Shown: positions 30,686-42,515 of the stretch, in pieces
Numbering within the stretch: the stretch's first letter is position 1
Layout of the letters: every line of letters starts with the position of its first letter
NCBI GenBank assembly: GCA_042408215.1
Contig: JAYFMW010000014.1
Span: 49,555 to 113,554 of the forward strand
Length of the DNA: 64,000 nucleotides
Source: Microcoleus sp.
Lineage (GTDB): Bacteria; Cyanobacteriota; Cyanobacteriia; Cyanobacteriales; Microcoleaceae
Reading direction: 5' to 3'
Program-made: the position numbers and the translations under genes
The notes under the pieces: generated by a model
Database searches by the model: none
Told to the model about the DNA's origin: nothing
The model's input: only the letters and a program-made list of their open reading frames with translations

Positions 30686-31726
30686 CTAAATATCTGCTGC
30701 ACAAACTGCCGCTCCAATTAACCCTACATTGCTATTCAAAACAACACTAACAGGTATCATTTCCAAAAGCGAATCCATCCGCCCTTTGTGGGTAAAAGCC
30801 CGCATAAAACCGCCTTCTTGAATCAGTGGCAAAATTTTAGCCGCAATGCCACCAGCTATGTACAAACCGCCGTAAGGTAAAAGTGTCACAGCCATATTTC
30901 CCGCCACAGCGCCGTAAGCTTCTACAAACATTTGCATTGTTTGTTCGGAAAGCCGATCGCACTTTTCGAGTGCAGCCTTTGCAATTGTCGCTCCCGGATC
31001 GACAGTCTTTTCAGTTTTACCAATTTCTGACTCCCATTTTTTAATAATTTGCCCTACCTCCGGCGATTCAGGAGCAAATTTTCTGTCCCGCAAAAACTGG
31101 TAAATTGCCACAATTCCCTGTCCCGAAACCACTCGCTCGATCGATATTCTTTGAATGTCGTGTTTAGCCAACAAATATTTCAGCAATTGAAACTCCAACT
31201 CCGAGCGAGGAGCAAAGTCACCGTGTCCCCCTTCGGAAGAAAAAACTTTCACTCCATTTGCTTCAGGAATGGCAAAACATTTGCCCAAACCAGTCCCCGC
31301 ACCAATCACAGCAATTGGAGCGTTTGGTCGGGGTTTTCCCACTTGCAAAGTGTGCAAATCTGTAGCATCCAAACCGCACACGCCGTAGCCAATAGCGACA
31401 AAATCATTAATTAAACTAACGTGGGATATTCCTAATTCCTGTTCCAGACGCTTCGCATCTAGCAGCCAAGGCAAATTAGTCAGTTTTGCTGTATTGTTAA
31501 CCACCGGGCCTGCGATCGCAAAACAAGCTTTTTTAGGTACTGGCGCAAAATCTAGTTTAGCAGCAGCTTCCGTCAAAAACTGCTGCACCATCGGCACTAA
31601 ATCGGGAAACTCCCCACTCGAATAGCGAAACTCATAAAGAGCTTTCATTTCACCCTCAACAGTCCTTTCTACTAAGCGCAAAATTGTCTTAGTTCCGCCA
31701 ATGTCGCCCGCTAATAATAATGCCAT
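30686..31726 (-). CDS. glk: Glucokinase
   Basis: LAGDIGGTK, LINDF, GAGTGLG, SEGGH, GGLYIAGGIA. Confidence 0.95.
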   Translation of the reverse strand: MALLLAGDIGGTKTILRLVERTVEGEMKALYEFRYSSGEFPDLVPMVQQFLTEAAAKLDFAPVPKKACFAIAGPVVNNTAKLTNLPWLLDAKRLEQELGISHVSLINDFVAIGYGVCGLDATDLHTLQVGKPRPNAPIAVIGAGTGLGKCFAIPEANGVKVFSSEGGHGDFAPRSELEFQLLKYLLAKHDIQRISIERVVSGQGIVAIYQFLRDRKFAPESPEVGQIIKKWESEIGKTEKTVDPGATIAKAALEKCDRLSEQTMQMFVEAYGAVAGNMAVTLLPYGGLYIAGGIAAKILPLIQEGGFMRAFTHKGRMDSLLEMIPVSVVLNSNVGLIGAAVCAADI

Positions 31727-31998
31727 AAACCTCCGATTCAACCCATTTTCTTTTGACGGTTGGGCGGAGCGAAGCGTGGAGGGGTTCACTTCGTTCTACC
31801 CAACCTACTCATCGACTAGCTAACAGACTAGGTTGTCGCAGTCACTATTCAACAATCGCTGTTAGATACCAGACTGTCTTAACAGAAGTCTGGTACTCTG
31901 GGTATTCTGTTTTTTTACTTCTTCCTTGTTCCTTCTTCCTTCTTCCTTGTTCCTTGTTCCTTCTTCCTTGTTCCTTGTTCCTTCTTCCTTCTTCCCAT

Positions 31999-34065
31999 TT
32001 AACCGCCCGTCCTCTGAATTGCCAACCAAGCCCTCAGCACCTCAGCCACTGTCCAAGCTTGTGCAGTGCAGCCCCGTGGCTCGAAGGGTGCGTCGCCCTC
32101 AAAAATTTCGCCCAAACTGCCAACTCCGCCGGCTAATATATGATGTGCCATCGGTTCGAGCAATTCACGAGCTTGTGCTGGGTCTTTGTATACGTCTAAG
32201 TGAGCTAAAACAAAGGGCCCAATTAGCCAGCCCCAAACTGTGCCCTGGTGATAGGCGCTGTCGCGCTGCAATTGGTCGCCTCCATATTCGCCCTGAAACT
32301 GCGGGTCTTCCGGCGAGAGGCTGCGAAGGCCGACAGAAGTGAGCAACTGCTGAGCGCAGGCGTCCACCACACCCCGACACCGATCGGGCGTGAGTAAGGG
32401 TGTATAGCGGTGGGTTTCCTTGACCCGCAATCCCCTTGCTAATAAAGAGTTCGGAGACTGATCCCCAGTTAATAGAGGCAGCGACACGGCGAATATTTGG
32501 TTGGGCCGCCGTCGGGGATCGTGTCCGTCTGGGCCGTCCAGAACGTCGTAACAGTAACCTGTGGCATCGTTCCAGAAACGAGTGAATCCCGCGGCCGTCC
32601 GATCGGCCAGTTGCTGGTATTCATAGTGAGGTTGGCCCAATTTTTGAGCAAAACTTACCATTGCTTGTATAGCATTGTACCAAAGAGCGCTGATTTCGAT
32701 CGGCTTACCAATCCGGGGAGTCACCACCCAATCGCCGACTTTCGCGTCCATCCAAGTCAGTTGCACGCCAGTTTCGCCGGCGTAGATTAAACCGTCGTCG
32801 GGATCGAGGTGGATGTTATACCGAGTTCCCTTTATATGCCAATCGACAATCTCACATAGTATCGGCCAGAGTTCGCTCAAAAGTCGATCGTCCCGGGTGG
32901 CGTAGTAGTAAGCGCGAATTGCTTCAAAGTACCACAGTGTCGCGTCTACGGTGTTGTATTCGGGTGCGCCACCAGCATCGGGAAAGCGGTTTGGCAACAT
33001 CCCTCGATCGACATACCGGGCAAAAGTCCGCAAGATCGATCGCGCAATCGACCATCGCCCAGTACATATTGTGAGACCGGGCAGGGCAATCATCGTATCC
33101 CGCCCCCAGTCGCTGAACCAGGGATATCCGGCGATGATCGTTTTGCCCTCCGGTTCCTCTGGTATCGGGCGACTGACGATAAATTGGTCGGCAGCTAGCA
33201 CTAAGTGAGCGATCCAATCGGGAGTTTTTCTCACATTTGACCATTTTTCCAGCACTTCTTGGTCATAGGTGCGACGGAGTTCTAAAGCGATATCGCCGTT
33301 TAACTGGGGATTTTTCTCTGTGCTGGCGATTAAAGTCAGAGACTGTCCCGGTTCGATCGCAAAATGGAAAGTCGCTGCGTGCAGATGAGCCTCACAACAC
33401 TCCAATCCGCGCTGCCTTTCTGCTGGGAGGTCAAATCCGTAGTGCCAATTGTATAAGGGCGTAGAAACTCGGAATTTGGCCTCTGGTTCGGCATCTGTCA
33501 GCAGGTAGAGGGGTGCAGCTTTCGGAAAAGCAGTGGCGCAAACCCCTTTTTCCAAGGTTTCTAGGCTCATCTGCCAGTCACTTGCCCTAGTGATGTGGTG
33601 GTGGTCGCGATAGTTGATCAGGGTTTTGACAGCCAGGGCGATCGGTTTTGAGCCGCGGTGCAAGCGATATTGAATATACGTTGTGTTAGCACTTTGCTGC
33701 ATCCAAATCCGCTTTTCCAGGATAGCGTCAGCGAGAGCAAACCTCCAAACAGGCGTTGTGCCTTCGAGGTGAAAGCTTTCGATGTACTTGTAGCCGTGGG
33801 GTTCGATCGTCCCGTCGGTCCAGCGGTTTGTATAAAGGGGATAGGGGCGATCGTTATACATAGCCGTTTCGTCCAGCTTGGCGAGCATCAAAGTTCGTCC
33901 CAGCGGGGGTTTGAGGGCGGCTACCAGTAGACCGTGATAGCGCCTAGTGAGCAGACCCGCGATCGTCCCGCTAGCATAACCGCCGATCCCGTTTGTGACC
34001 AACCACTCGCGAGACTGGGCCGAGTCTAGATTGCAGCAGATTTCCCGTCCAAAAGCAATAACCAT
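31999..34065 (-). CDS. Amylo-alpha-1,6-glucosidase (glycogen debranching) family
   Basis: EWLVTNGIGGYAS, IAGYPWFSDWGRDTMI, LTWMDAK, YHQGTVW, AQAWTVAE. Confidence 0.9.
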   Translation of the reverse strand: MVIAFGREICCNLDSAQSREWLVTNGIGGYASGTIAGLLTRRYHGLLVAALKPPLGRTLMLAKLDETAMYNDRPYPLYTNRWTDGTIEPHGYKYIESFHLEGTTPVWRFALADAILEKRIWMQQSANTTYIQYRLHRGSKPIALAVKTLINYRDHHHITRASDWQMSLETLEKGVCATAFPKAAPLYLLTDAEPEAKFRVSTPLYNWHYGFDLPAERQRGLECCEAHLHAATFHFAIEPGQSLTLIASTEKNPQLNGDIALELRRTYDQEVLEKWSNVRKTPDWIAHLVLAADQFIVSRPIPEEPEGKTIIAGYPWFSDWGRDTMIALPGLTICTGRWSIARSILRTFARYVDRGMLPNRFPDAGGAPEYNTVDATLWYFEAIRAYYYATRDDRLLSELWPILCEIVDWHIKGTRYNIHLDPDDGLIYAGETGVQLTWMDAKVGDWVVTPRIGKPIEISALWYNAIQAMVSFAQKLGQPHYEYQQLADRTAAGFTRFWNDATGYCYDVLDGPDGHDPRRRPNQIFAVSLPLLTGDQSPNSLLARGLRVKETHRYTPLLTPDRCRGVVDACAQQLLTSVGLRSLSPEDPQFQGEYGGDQLQRDSAYHQGTVWGWLIGPFVLAHLDVYKDPAQARELLEPMAHHILAGGVGSLGEIFEGDAPFEPRGCTAQAWTVAEVLRAWLAIQRTGG

Positions 34066-34389
34066 AAAAGCACACTCGTGGTGAATTGCGATCTACCGAA
34101 AGGTAGATTTTACACATTAGATAAACCAGGAATTTTTACCCTTGCAGACGACTAATTTCGCTAACGGGCTAAACAGATTCATGCTTTAATTGAGATGGAG
34201 CCAACCGCTAATTTTGACTCTTTGCGACAATTCTAACCGTTGCTCTGTCTAAAGTTAGTTGTTTGTTACTTTTTTAACTGATCTTACTTTTCAAACAGGC
34301 TTGTTGGCGATCGGCGCTCAACAGACCTATTACCAAAATACCATTTTCAGTCATACCACAAACCTATTTTATAAGGAGAATAACTCAAA

Positions 34390-36213
34390 ATGAAGATAGG
34401 AGCAAACTACCTTGGCAACAATCAATGCGAATTTACCGTTTGGGCACCCACCCTTAAACAAGTAGCAGTCCAAATTACTTCCCCAGACAAACGCCTGCTC
34501 CCCATGCAACAATCCGCCGCAGGTTATTGGCAAACCACAGCTACAGACATCCCACCCGGAACCCTTTACACCTACCAACTCGAAGGCAAAACCGACTGGC
34601 CAGATCCCGCATCAAAATATCAACCCCAAGGCGTACACTGCCCTTCCCAAGTAATAGATGAAAACGCCTTTACCTGGACAGACACAGACTGGAAAGGCGT
34701 AGTCCTAGCAGAAATGATCATCTATGAATTACACGTCGGAACCTTCACCCAAGCAGGAACATTTGAAGCAATAATTCCCCAACTAAACCAACTCAAAGAA
34801 CTGGGAATCAACGCCATAGAAATCATGCCCGTCGCCCAATTTTCCGGCGAGCGAAACTGGGGCTACGACGGCGTATATCCCTACGCCGTCCAGAACTCCT
34901 ACGGCGGCCCCGAAGGCTTCAAAAAACTCATCAACGCCAGCCACAAACAAGGCATCTCAGTAATTCTTGATGTAGTTTTCAACCACCTCGGCCCCGAAGG
35001 AAACTATCTCAGTCAATTTGCTCCTTACTTTACATCAAAATACGGCTCAATTTGGGGAGACCCCCTCAACTTCGACGACGAATACAGCGATGAAGTCCGC
35101 AACTACTTTATAGAAAACGCCCTGTACTGGTTTCGAGACTATCACATCGACGCCCTGAGACTCGACGCAATTCAAGCAATATTTGAAGTAAGTGCCCGAC
35201 CGTTTTTGCAAGAACTAACCGATGCAACCTGCGATATTTCTCAACAGCTAGGACGACCACTTTATCTAATAGCAGAAAGTGACTTAAATGATGTCCGCGT
35301 TTTGCGTTCAAAAGAACTCGGCGGTTTCGGACTAGACGCCCAGTGGTGCGACGATTTCCACCACGCACTGCACGCACTACTCACCGGAGAAAATGACCGA
35401 TACTACCAAGACTTCGGCAAGTGCGAACACTTAGAAAAAGCCTTCAAAGAAAGCTTTGTTTACTCCGGCCAATACGCCCCCGACAGAAAGCGAAAACACG
35501 GCAATTCTGCCAAGGATCAACCAGCCCATCAATTCGTCGTATTTTCCCAAACCCACGACCAAATCGGCAACCGCATTTTGGGAGACAGACTGTCTAAAAT
35601 AGTAGACTTTGAAGGACTCAAACTTGCCGCAGGCACTGTCTTAATTTCTCCCTACATTCCCTTTCTATTTATGGGAGAAGAATACGGAGAATCAGCACCA
35701 TTTTTGTACTTCGTTTCCCACTCGGACGCTAACCTAATTGAAGCTATCCGTAAAGACAAACAACAAGAATTTAAAATCTTTGAAGGCCGAGGGGAGTTTC
35801 AAGACCCCCAGAGTCCTGAGAGTTTCCAAAAGTGCAAGTTAAATTGGGAAAAACCAATAGAAGGCAAACATAAAATCCTCTGGGAATGGCATCAGCATTT
35901 AATTCAACTGCGGCGCACAATACCAGCCCTTAAAAAACTGGATAAAACCAGCCTAGAAGTGTCCAGCATCGAAGCAGAAAAAATCTTATTTCTACGTCGC
36001 TGGACAGATGACAGTCAGATATTCTGCATTCTAAACTTCAACAAACAACAGGTCGCTTTTACCGCTGCACTTCCTCAAGGCAATTGGAAAAAGATTTTAG
36101 ACTCTGTTGATGCAAAATGGATGGGTGCAGGTTCAACCTTGCCTGAAAAGATAACTTCAGACCAAGAATTGACAGTCAAACCGCAGAGTTTTGCACTCTA
36201 TGAATTAGAGTAA
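34390..36213 (+). CDS. treZ: Malto-oligosyltrehalose trehalohydrolase
   Basis: YELHVGTF, RNWGYDGV, NHLGPEGNY, LRLDA, HDQIGNR. Confidence 0.95.
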   Translation: MKIGANYLGNNQCEFTVWAPTLKQVAVQITSPDKRLLPMQQSAAGYWQTTATDIPPGTLYTYQLEGKTDWPDPASKYQPQGVHCPSQVIDENAFTWTDTDWKGVVLAEMIIYELHVGTFTQAGTFEAIIPQLNQLKELGINAIEIMPVAQFSGERNWGYDGVYPYAVQNSYGGPEGFKKLINASHKQGISVILDVVFNHLGPEGNYLSQFAPYFTSKYGSIWGDPLNFDDEYSDEVRNYFIENALYWFRDYHIDALRLDAIQAIFEVSARPFLQELTDATCDISQQLGRPLYLIAESDLNDVRVLRSKELGGFGLDAQWCDDFHHALHALLTGENDRYYQDFGKCEHLEKAFKESFVYSGQYAPDRKRKHGNSAKDQPAHQFVVFSQTHDQIGNRILGDRLSKIVDFEGLKLAAGTVLISPYIPFLFMGEEYGESAPFLYFVSHSDANLIEAIRKDKQQEFKIFEGRGEFQDPQSPESFQKCKLNWEKPIEGKHKILWEWHQHLIQLRRTIPALKKLDKTSLEVSSIEAEKILFLRRWTDDSQIFCILNFNKQQVAFTAALPQGNWKKILDSVDAKWMGAGSTLPEKITSDQELTVKPQSFALYELE

Positions 36214-36340
36214 TTAAAACTGGAGGCAGAACCTCTATATATGCGTTCCCAGGCAGAACCCATTCCTGACAAATTCAGACTGCAACTCATAATAAATGTC
36301 GCTTTTAGGCGAATGCGAGAGCCCCCTAAATCCCCCTGAA

Positions 36341-37190
36341 TAAGGGGGACTTTGAGAAATACTCTTTTCCCCCCTGAATAAGGGGTACTTTGAGAAATAC
36401 TCTTTTCCCCCCCTTAATCAAGGGGTACTTTGAGAAATACTCTTTTCCCCCCTTAATCAAGGGGTACTTTGAGAAATACTCTTTTCCCCCTTAATCAAGA
36501 ATACTTTGAGAAATACTCTTTTCCCCCTTAATCAAGGGGTACTTTGAGAAATACTCTTTTCCCCCTTAATCAAGGGGACTTTGAGAAATACTCTTTTCCC
36601 CCCTTAATCAAGGGGTACTTTGAGAAATACTCTTTTCCCCCTTAATCAAGGGGTACTTTGAGAAATACTCTTTTCCCCCTTAATCAAGGGGTACTTTGAG
36701 AAATACTCTTTTCCCCCTTAATCAAGGGGTACTTTGAGAAATACTCTTTTCCCCCTTAATCAAGGGGTACTTTGAGAAATACTCTTTTCCCCCTTAATCA
36801 AGGGGTACTTTGAGAAATACTCTTTTCCCCCCTGAATAAGGGGACTTTGAGAAATACTCTTGTCCCCCCTTAATCAAGGGGTACTTTGAGAAATACTCTT
36901 TTCCCCCTTAATCAAGGGGTACTTTGAGAAATACTCTTTTCCCCCTTAATCAAGGGGTACTTTGAGAAATACTCTTTTCCCCCCTGAATAAGGGGACTTT
37001 GAGAAATACTCTTTTCCCCCTTAATCAAGGGGTACTTTGAGAAATACTCTTTTCCCCCCTTAATCAAGGGGTACTTTGAGAAATACTCTTTTCCCCCCTT
37101 AATCAAGGGGACTTTGAGAAATACTCTTTTCCCCCCTTAATCAAGGGGACTTTGAGAAATACTCTTTTCCCCCCCTTATTAAGGGGGGTT
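36341..37190. repeat. Tandem array of about 22 x ~38 bp (aaggggtactttgagaaatactcttttcccccttaatc) inside a CCCCC/GGGGG palindromic element
   Basis: 22 occurrences of gagaaatactc counted; bounded by ccccctaaatcccc and ggggttagggggga. Confidence 0.92.
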
Positions 37191-37253
37191 AGGGGGGATC
37201 TAGACTTCGATACAAAACATATAAAACCCGAAAAAACCAGGAGTCAAATTAAC

Positions 37254-40049
37254 ATGATGCGAATTCCCACAGCAACTTATCGGATTCAGTTTCATGCAGG
37301 TTTTAACTTTCAAGCCGCCAGACAAATCCTGAGCTATCTAGAAGAATTAGGCGTTACTGATTTGTACGCTTCACCCATATTTAAAGCCAGAAAAGGCAGC
37401 AGTCACGGCTACGATGTAGTTGACTCAAATCAACTCAATCCCTCCTTGGGAACCTCAGAAGACTTTGAAGAACTCACACAGGAAATTCAGAACCGAAAAA
37501 TGGGATGGTTGCAAGATATTGTCCCAAACCACATGGCTTACGATACTCAAAACTTGTTGCTGTTAGACGTATTAGAACACGGGCCGGATTCCGACTATTT
37601 CGATTACTTCGATATTGAATGGAATCACGCTTACGAACACCTCAGAGGTCGAGTGCTTGCTCCGCTGCTGGGAAATTTTTATGGAGAGTGTCTAGAAAAT
37701 GGCGAGATTCAATTGAAATACAGCGAAATTGGGTTGAGTATCAATTACTACAGCTTAAGATTGCCAGTCAAAATAGAATCCTACGCTAATTTTATTAGTC
37801 ATAATTTGGGACATCTCAGCAGTGAATTAGGCAGACGGCATCCAGATTTTGTCAAGTTTTTGGGCATTCTTTATCTAATCAAAAATACTCCTTCAGAAAC
37901 CAAAGGCAAAGAAAGATATGACCAGATAGCCTTTGTCAAAGCACTGCTTTGGGAACTCTACAATCAAAATCCGATTGTTCAGGAATTTATCGACGAAAAT
38001 ATCAACTTTTTTAACGGACAAAAAGGCAATTCTGAAAGCTTTAACCTACTGGATGATTTGCTGTCCGAGCAGTTTTACCGTCTGGCTTTTTGGAAAGTGG
38101 GTGCAGAAGAAATTAACTACCGAAGATTTTTTACTGTCAACGAACTAATTTCGGTAAAAGTCGAAGATATTAAAGTTTTCCATAAAAATCATGCTCTGAT
38201 ATTCGACTTGATTGCAGAGGGGAAATTTACGGGATTGAGAATTGACCATATCGACGGACTTTACGATCCCACAGAATATTTAAAACGCCTGAGGCATCAA
38301 ACCGGAGATCTTTACATCACTGTGGAAAAAATTCTCGAACACGAAGAAGAGTTGCCGTCATATTGGCCGATTGAGGGAACGAGTGGTTACGATTTTTTGA
38401 ATTACGTAAACGGCGTTTTTTGTCGGTGCGATCGCGAACAGCAATTTAGCGAGATCTATCACAGATTTACTCGTCTGAGCGTCCCCTATGAACAGTTGTT
38501 TTTAGATAAAAAGAGGCTAATTCTTGAGAAGAATTTGGCGGGAGATGTAGACAATCTAGCTCAACTTTTGAAAAATATATCTGGTCTATCTCGACAGGGA
38601 AATGACTTTACTCGCCCTGGATTGGAAAAAGCATTAGCAGCAATTTTGACGATTTTTCCAGTTTACCGAACTTACATTAATCAAGACGGCTTGAGAGAGT
38701 CCGATCGCATTTACGTCAAATATGCGATCGCCAAAGCCAAAGAACAAGTACCGCTACTGCTCAAAGAACTTAAATTTATCGAAACAGTGCTGTTGCTGGA
38801 AGAAGAAGAAACATTAACAGCCGAACAAAAAAAGCATCGGCGGCACTTCGTCATGAAACTCCAGCAGTTGACAGGCCCTTTGATGGCCAAAGGCATTGAA
38901 GACACGCTTTTATACGTCTACTACAGACTTTTATCGCTCAACGAAGTGGGAGGAAACCCCAGTCAATTCGGCGTCTCGCTGGCAGACTTCCACGAATTCA
39001 ACCAACATCAGCAAGCTGTTTGGCCTCACAAAATGAATGCTACAGCTACCCACGATACCAAACGTGGTGAAGATGTCCGCGCTCGCATTAATGTACTGTC
39101 AGAAATCCCCGATGAATGGGAACAGCAAGTCAAGTCTTGGAGAGAGTTAAATTCTTCCAAAAAAGTCAACTTACTAAATCGAATGGTTCCCGATACTAAT
39201 GACGAATACTTCTTTTACCAAACCTTAATTGGCACTTTGCCTTTTGAGGAAATCGCAAATACTGACTTTATTGAGCGCCTGAAAAATTATGCCATTAAAG
39301 CCGTCCGCGAAGCGAAAGTTCACACTGCTTGGCTGAGACCGGATAACGACTACGAGAGTGGTTTTATGACTTTTGTCGATCATGTTCTCGAACCTGGTGA
39401 ACAAAATCAGTTCCTCAAGAAATTCACGCCTTTCTGGAAAAAAGTAGCTCATTACGGAATTTTCAATTCTTTATCTCAAACACTGCTGAAAATCACGGCC
39501 CCTGGTGTGCCAGACATTTATCAAGGTACGGAATTTTGGGATTTAAGCCATGTCGATCCAGATAACCGCCGTCCCGTTGATTTTGAGCGCCGAATCGAGG
39601 TGTTACGGGAGATTAAAGAGCAAGCTAAAAATGATATTTTTCAACTGATTGAAGAGTTGACATTGACGAGAGAAGATGCTAGAATTAAGTTGTTTCTGAC
39701 TGCCAGAGTTCTCGAAGCGAGAAAACAGTACCTGCAAGTTTTTCAAGCAGGTAATTATCAGCCACTGGAAGTAGTTGGTACATTTAAAGAGAATATTGTC
39801 GCCTTTGCCAGAACCTACGAATATACTACAGTTATTGTAATTGCTCCCCGGTTTTTGACTGGCATCATCAAGCCGGAAGAAATGCCGGTAGGCAAAAAAG
39901 TCTGGCAAGATACTAAGCTGGAATTGTCCGAGGAAATGCCGTCGGTTTGGCAAGATGCAATTACAAATCAGATGGTAGAAAGTAACGGTCAACTGGTAAT
40001 TGGTGAAGCTCTGAATTACTTTCCTTGTGCTCTGCTGATTGGTCAATAG
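37254..40049 (+). CDS. treY: Malto-oligosyltrehalose synthase
   Basis: PTATYRIQ, DIVPNHM, INYRRFF, LRIDHIDGL, THDTKRGED, VDPDNRRPVD; AGGAG RBS at 37239. Confidence 0.95.
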   Translation: MMRIPTATYRIQFHAGFNFQAARQILSYLEELGVTDLYASPIFKARKGSSHGYDVVDSNQLNPSLGTSEDFEELTQEIQNRKMGWLQDIVPNHMAYDTQNLLLLDVLEHGPDSDYFDYFDIEWNHAYEHLRGRVLAPLLGNFYGECLENGEIQLKYSEIGLSINYYSLRLPVKIESYANFISHNLGHLSSELGRRHPDFVKFLGILYLIKNTPSETKGKERYDQIAFVKALLWELYNQNPIVQEFIDENINFFNGQKGNSESFNLLDDLLSEQFYRLAFWKVGAEEINYRRFFTVNELISVKVEDIKVFHKNHALIFDLIAEGKFTGLRIDHIDGLYDPTEYLKRLRHQTGDLYITVEKILEHEEELPSYWPIEGTSGYDFLNYVNGVFCRCDREQQFSEIYHRFTRLSVPYEQLFLDKKRLILEKNLAGDVDNLAQLLKNISGLSRQGNDFTRPGLEKALAAILTIFPVYRTYINQDGLRESDRIYVKYAIAKAKEQVPLLLKELKFIETVLLLEEEETLTAEQKKHRRHFVMKLQQLTGPLMAKGIEDTLLYVYYRLLSLNEVGGNPSQFGVSLADFHEFNQHQQAVWPHKMNATATHDTKRGEDVRARINVLSEIPDEWEQQVKSWRELNSSKKVNLLNRMVPDTNDEYFFYQTLIGTLPFEEIANTDFIERLKNYAIKAVREAKVHTAWLRPDNDYESGFMTFVDHVLEPGEQNQFLKKFTPFWKKVAHYGIFNSLSQTLLKITAPGVPDIYQGTEFWDLSHVDPDNRRPVDFERRIEVLREIKEQAKNDIFQLIEELTLTREDARIKLFLTARVLEARKQYLQVFQAGNYQPLEVVGTFKENIVAFARTYEYTTVIVIAPRFLTGIIKPEEMPVGKKVWQDTKLELSEEMPSVWQDAITNQMVESNGQLVIGEALNYFPCALLIGQ

Positions 40050-40408
40050 TCAGTAGTCAGTAGTCATTAGTCATTAGTCATTAGTCATTAGATATCTCCA
40101 AAAAAGCCTGTCAAGAACAGGCATCTTGCCTGTTCCACAAGAAATATGGTCGATGTCTATGAGTCAGTAAGCAGTAGGTCAAGGCGAACTTATAGGTACA
40201 TAATTTCTAGTTATATTTTGCATCCAAAAATGCGATCGCCCCTAGCAACCAAACAAAATTTATACAACAAAGACGGCAAATACAACACAACGTATACGGT
40301 TTGCCACAATACCCCGATCGCTCAAACCCCGTACATTAGGAAGAGTAAAGAAAAGCAGTCGAAAACTATAGCGGTGCAAGCCCGACGGATGCAACCGTCC
40401 CCTAACAG

Positions 40409-40424
40409 GTTCGGTAAACACGCC
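40409..40424 (+). promoter_or_regulatory. Possible K-box upstream of dnaK
   Basis: GTTCGGTAAAC partially matches the cyanobacterial K-box recalled for groESL/dnaK2 promoters. Confidence 0.35.
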
Positions 40425-40599
40425 TTCATCCCAAGGTCTAACCGCCCGCAGTATAGAGATCAGCACCCTATCGAAGACTGTATTAAAGCTGGACTCACTA
40501 CCCGTACACCCCCCCAGGTGAAATCGCAGTCCTGAATAACCAGACTATCACACAGATAGAAAACCAAAATTTTGTAGAGATTGGAGCCGGAACACCCCT

Positions 40600-42504
40600 A
40601 TGGGAAAAGTAGTTGGAATTGACCTTGGTACGACAAACTCCTGCGTCGCAGTTATGGAAGGCGGCAAACCCACCGTCATAGCCAACGCCGAAGGGGGTCG
40701 CACCACACCTTCCGTAGTAGCATTTGCCAAAAATGGCGATCAACTCGTCGGACAAATCGCCAAGCGTCAAGCCGTGATGAACGCCGAAAACACATTTTAC
40801 TCAGTAAAACGGTTCATCGGGCGCCGGGTTGACGAAGTAACCCACGAAACCACAGAAGTTTCATACAAAGTCCTCAAAGTCGGCAACAGCCTCAAACTCG
40901 ACTGTCCCGCCCGCGGCAAGCAATTTGCCCCTGAAGAAATTTCGGCCCAAGTCCTCCGCAAACTCGTAGAAGACGCCAGCAAATACCTCGGCGAAACTGT
41001 TACCCAAGCGGTAATTACTGTTCCCGCTTACTTCAATGACTCCCAGCGACAAGCGACTAAAGACGCTGGAAAAATTGCCGGTATTGAAGTTCTGCGGATT
41101 ATTAACGAACCTACAGCAGCAGCTTTAGCTTACGGATTAGATAAAAAGAGCAACGAAACCATCCTCGTATTTGACTTAGGTGGCGGTACTTTCGACGTAT
41201 CGATTCTCGAAGTTGGCGACGGCGTATTTGAAGTGTTGGCAACTTCTGGAGACACTCACCTCGGCGGTGACGACTTCGACAAAAAAATCGTCGATTTCAT
41301 TGCTAACGAATTCCAAAGAGCAGAAGGAATTGACCTCCGCAAAGACAAACAAGCACTGCAACGCCTGACGGAAGCAGCGGAAAAAGCCAAGATTGAACTG
41401 TCGAGCGTTACCCAAGCAGAAATCAACTTGCCGTTTATTACTGCGACTCAAGACGGCCCAAAACACTTGGACACGACTTTGACGCGGGGCAAGTTTGAAG
41501 AACTGTGCTCGGATTTGATCGATCGCTCTCGCATCCCGGTAGAAAACGCGATTCGCGATGCCAAATTAGACAAATCTGCAATTAATGAAGTTGTCTTAGT
41601 TGGTGGTTCTACACGCATTCCTGCGGTGCAAGAACTGGTCAAAAAAATCCTCGGCAAAGACCCCAACCAAACGGTAAACCCGGATGAAGTGGTAGCAGTC
41701 GGTGCAGCAATTCAAGCTGGCGTGCTCGCAGGCGAAGTCAAAGACATCCTGTTGCTCGACGTGACTCCGCTGTCTCTCGGCGTCGAAACCTTGGGCGGCG
41801 TGATGACCAAAATTATTCCCCGCAACACCACTATTCCTACTAAGAAGTCGGAAACTTTCTCGACTGCTGTAGACGGCCAAACTAACGTGGAAATTCACGT
41901 TTTGCAAGGCGAACGAGAACTGGCGAATGACAACAAGGATTTGGGAACTTTCCGCTTAGATGGAGTGCCACCAGCACCTCGTGGCGTGCCTCAAATTGAA
42001 GTTACTTTCGATATCGATGCTAACGGTATTTTGAATGTAGCTGCTAAGGATAAAGGTACTGGCAAGGTGCAATCTATTAGCATTACTGGTGCTTCTACTT
42101 TGCCCAGCAATGAAGTCGATCGCATGGTGAGGGAAGCCGAATCGAATGCGACTGCTGACAAAGAGCGTCGCGAACGGATCGATCGCAAAAACCAAGCTGA
42201 TTCTCAAGCCTATCAAATCGAGAAGCAGTTGGCAGAATTGGGTGATAAAGTTCCCCCTGCTGACAAAACTAAGATTGAAGGGCTACTCAAAGACTTGCGC
42301 GAGGCGATCGCTACCGAAGATGACGATCGCATCAAAACCTTGACAACAGAGTTGCAGCAAGCATTCTACGCTGTCAGCAGCAACCTGTACCAGCAAGCAG
42401 GCGGCCCGACTGACGGCCCTGGCGGCTCGACTGGCGGCTCGACTGGCGGCTCCACGGTTGGTGGTGACGACGTGATTGACGCCGACTTCACAGAAGGCAA
42501 ATAG
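40600..42504 (+). CDS. dnaK: Chaperone DnaK (Hsp70)
   Basis: [38 protein letters not shown]-terminal DDVIDADF. Confidence 0.98.
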   Translation: MGKVVGIDLGTTNSCVAVMEGGKPTVIANAEGGRTTPSVVAFAKNGDQLVGQIAKRQAVMNAENTFYSVKRFIGRRVDEVTHETTEVSYKVLKVGNSLKLDCPARGKQFAPEEISAQVLRKLVEDASKYLGETVTQAVITVPAYFNDSQRQATKDAGKIAGIEVLRIINEPTAAALAYGLDKKSNETILVFDLGGGTFDVSILEVGDGVFEVLATSGDTHLGGDDFDKKIVDFIANEFQRAEGIDLRKDKQALQRLTEAAEKAKIELSSVTQAEINLPFITATQDGPKHLDTTLTRGKFEELCSDLIDRSRIPVENAIRDAKLDKSAINEVVLVGGSTRIPAVQELVKKILGKDPNQTVNPDEVVAVGAAIQAGVLAGEVKDILLLDVTPLSLGVETLGGVMTKIIPRNTTIPTKKSETFSTAVDGQTNVEIHVLQGERELANDNKDLGTFRLDGVPPAPRGVPQIEVTFDIDANGILNVAAKDKGTGKVQSISITGASTLPSNEVDRMVREAESNATADKERRERIDRKNQADSQAYQIEKQLAELGDKVPPADKTKIEGLLKDLREAIATEDDDRIKTLTTELQQAFYAVSSNLYQQAGGPTDGPGGSTGGSTGGSTVGGDDVIDADFTEGK

Positions 42505-42515
42505 AAGGCAATACT

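Noticed and set aside
36341..37190. CRISPR array (38-bp periodicity)
   Set aside because: The units are contiguous with no unique spacers, and no cas genes are present.
37152..37253. Extended treY N-terminus and ORF 36912..37106
   Set aside because: Both are translations of repeat DNA; the RBS supports ATG 37254.
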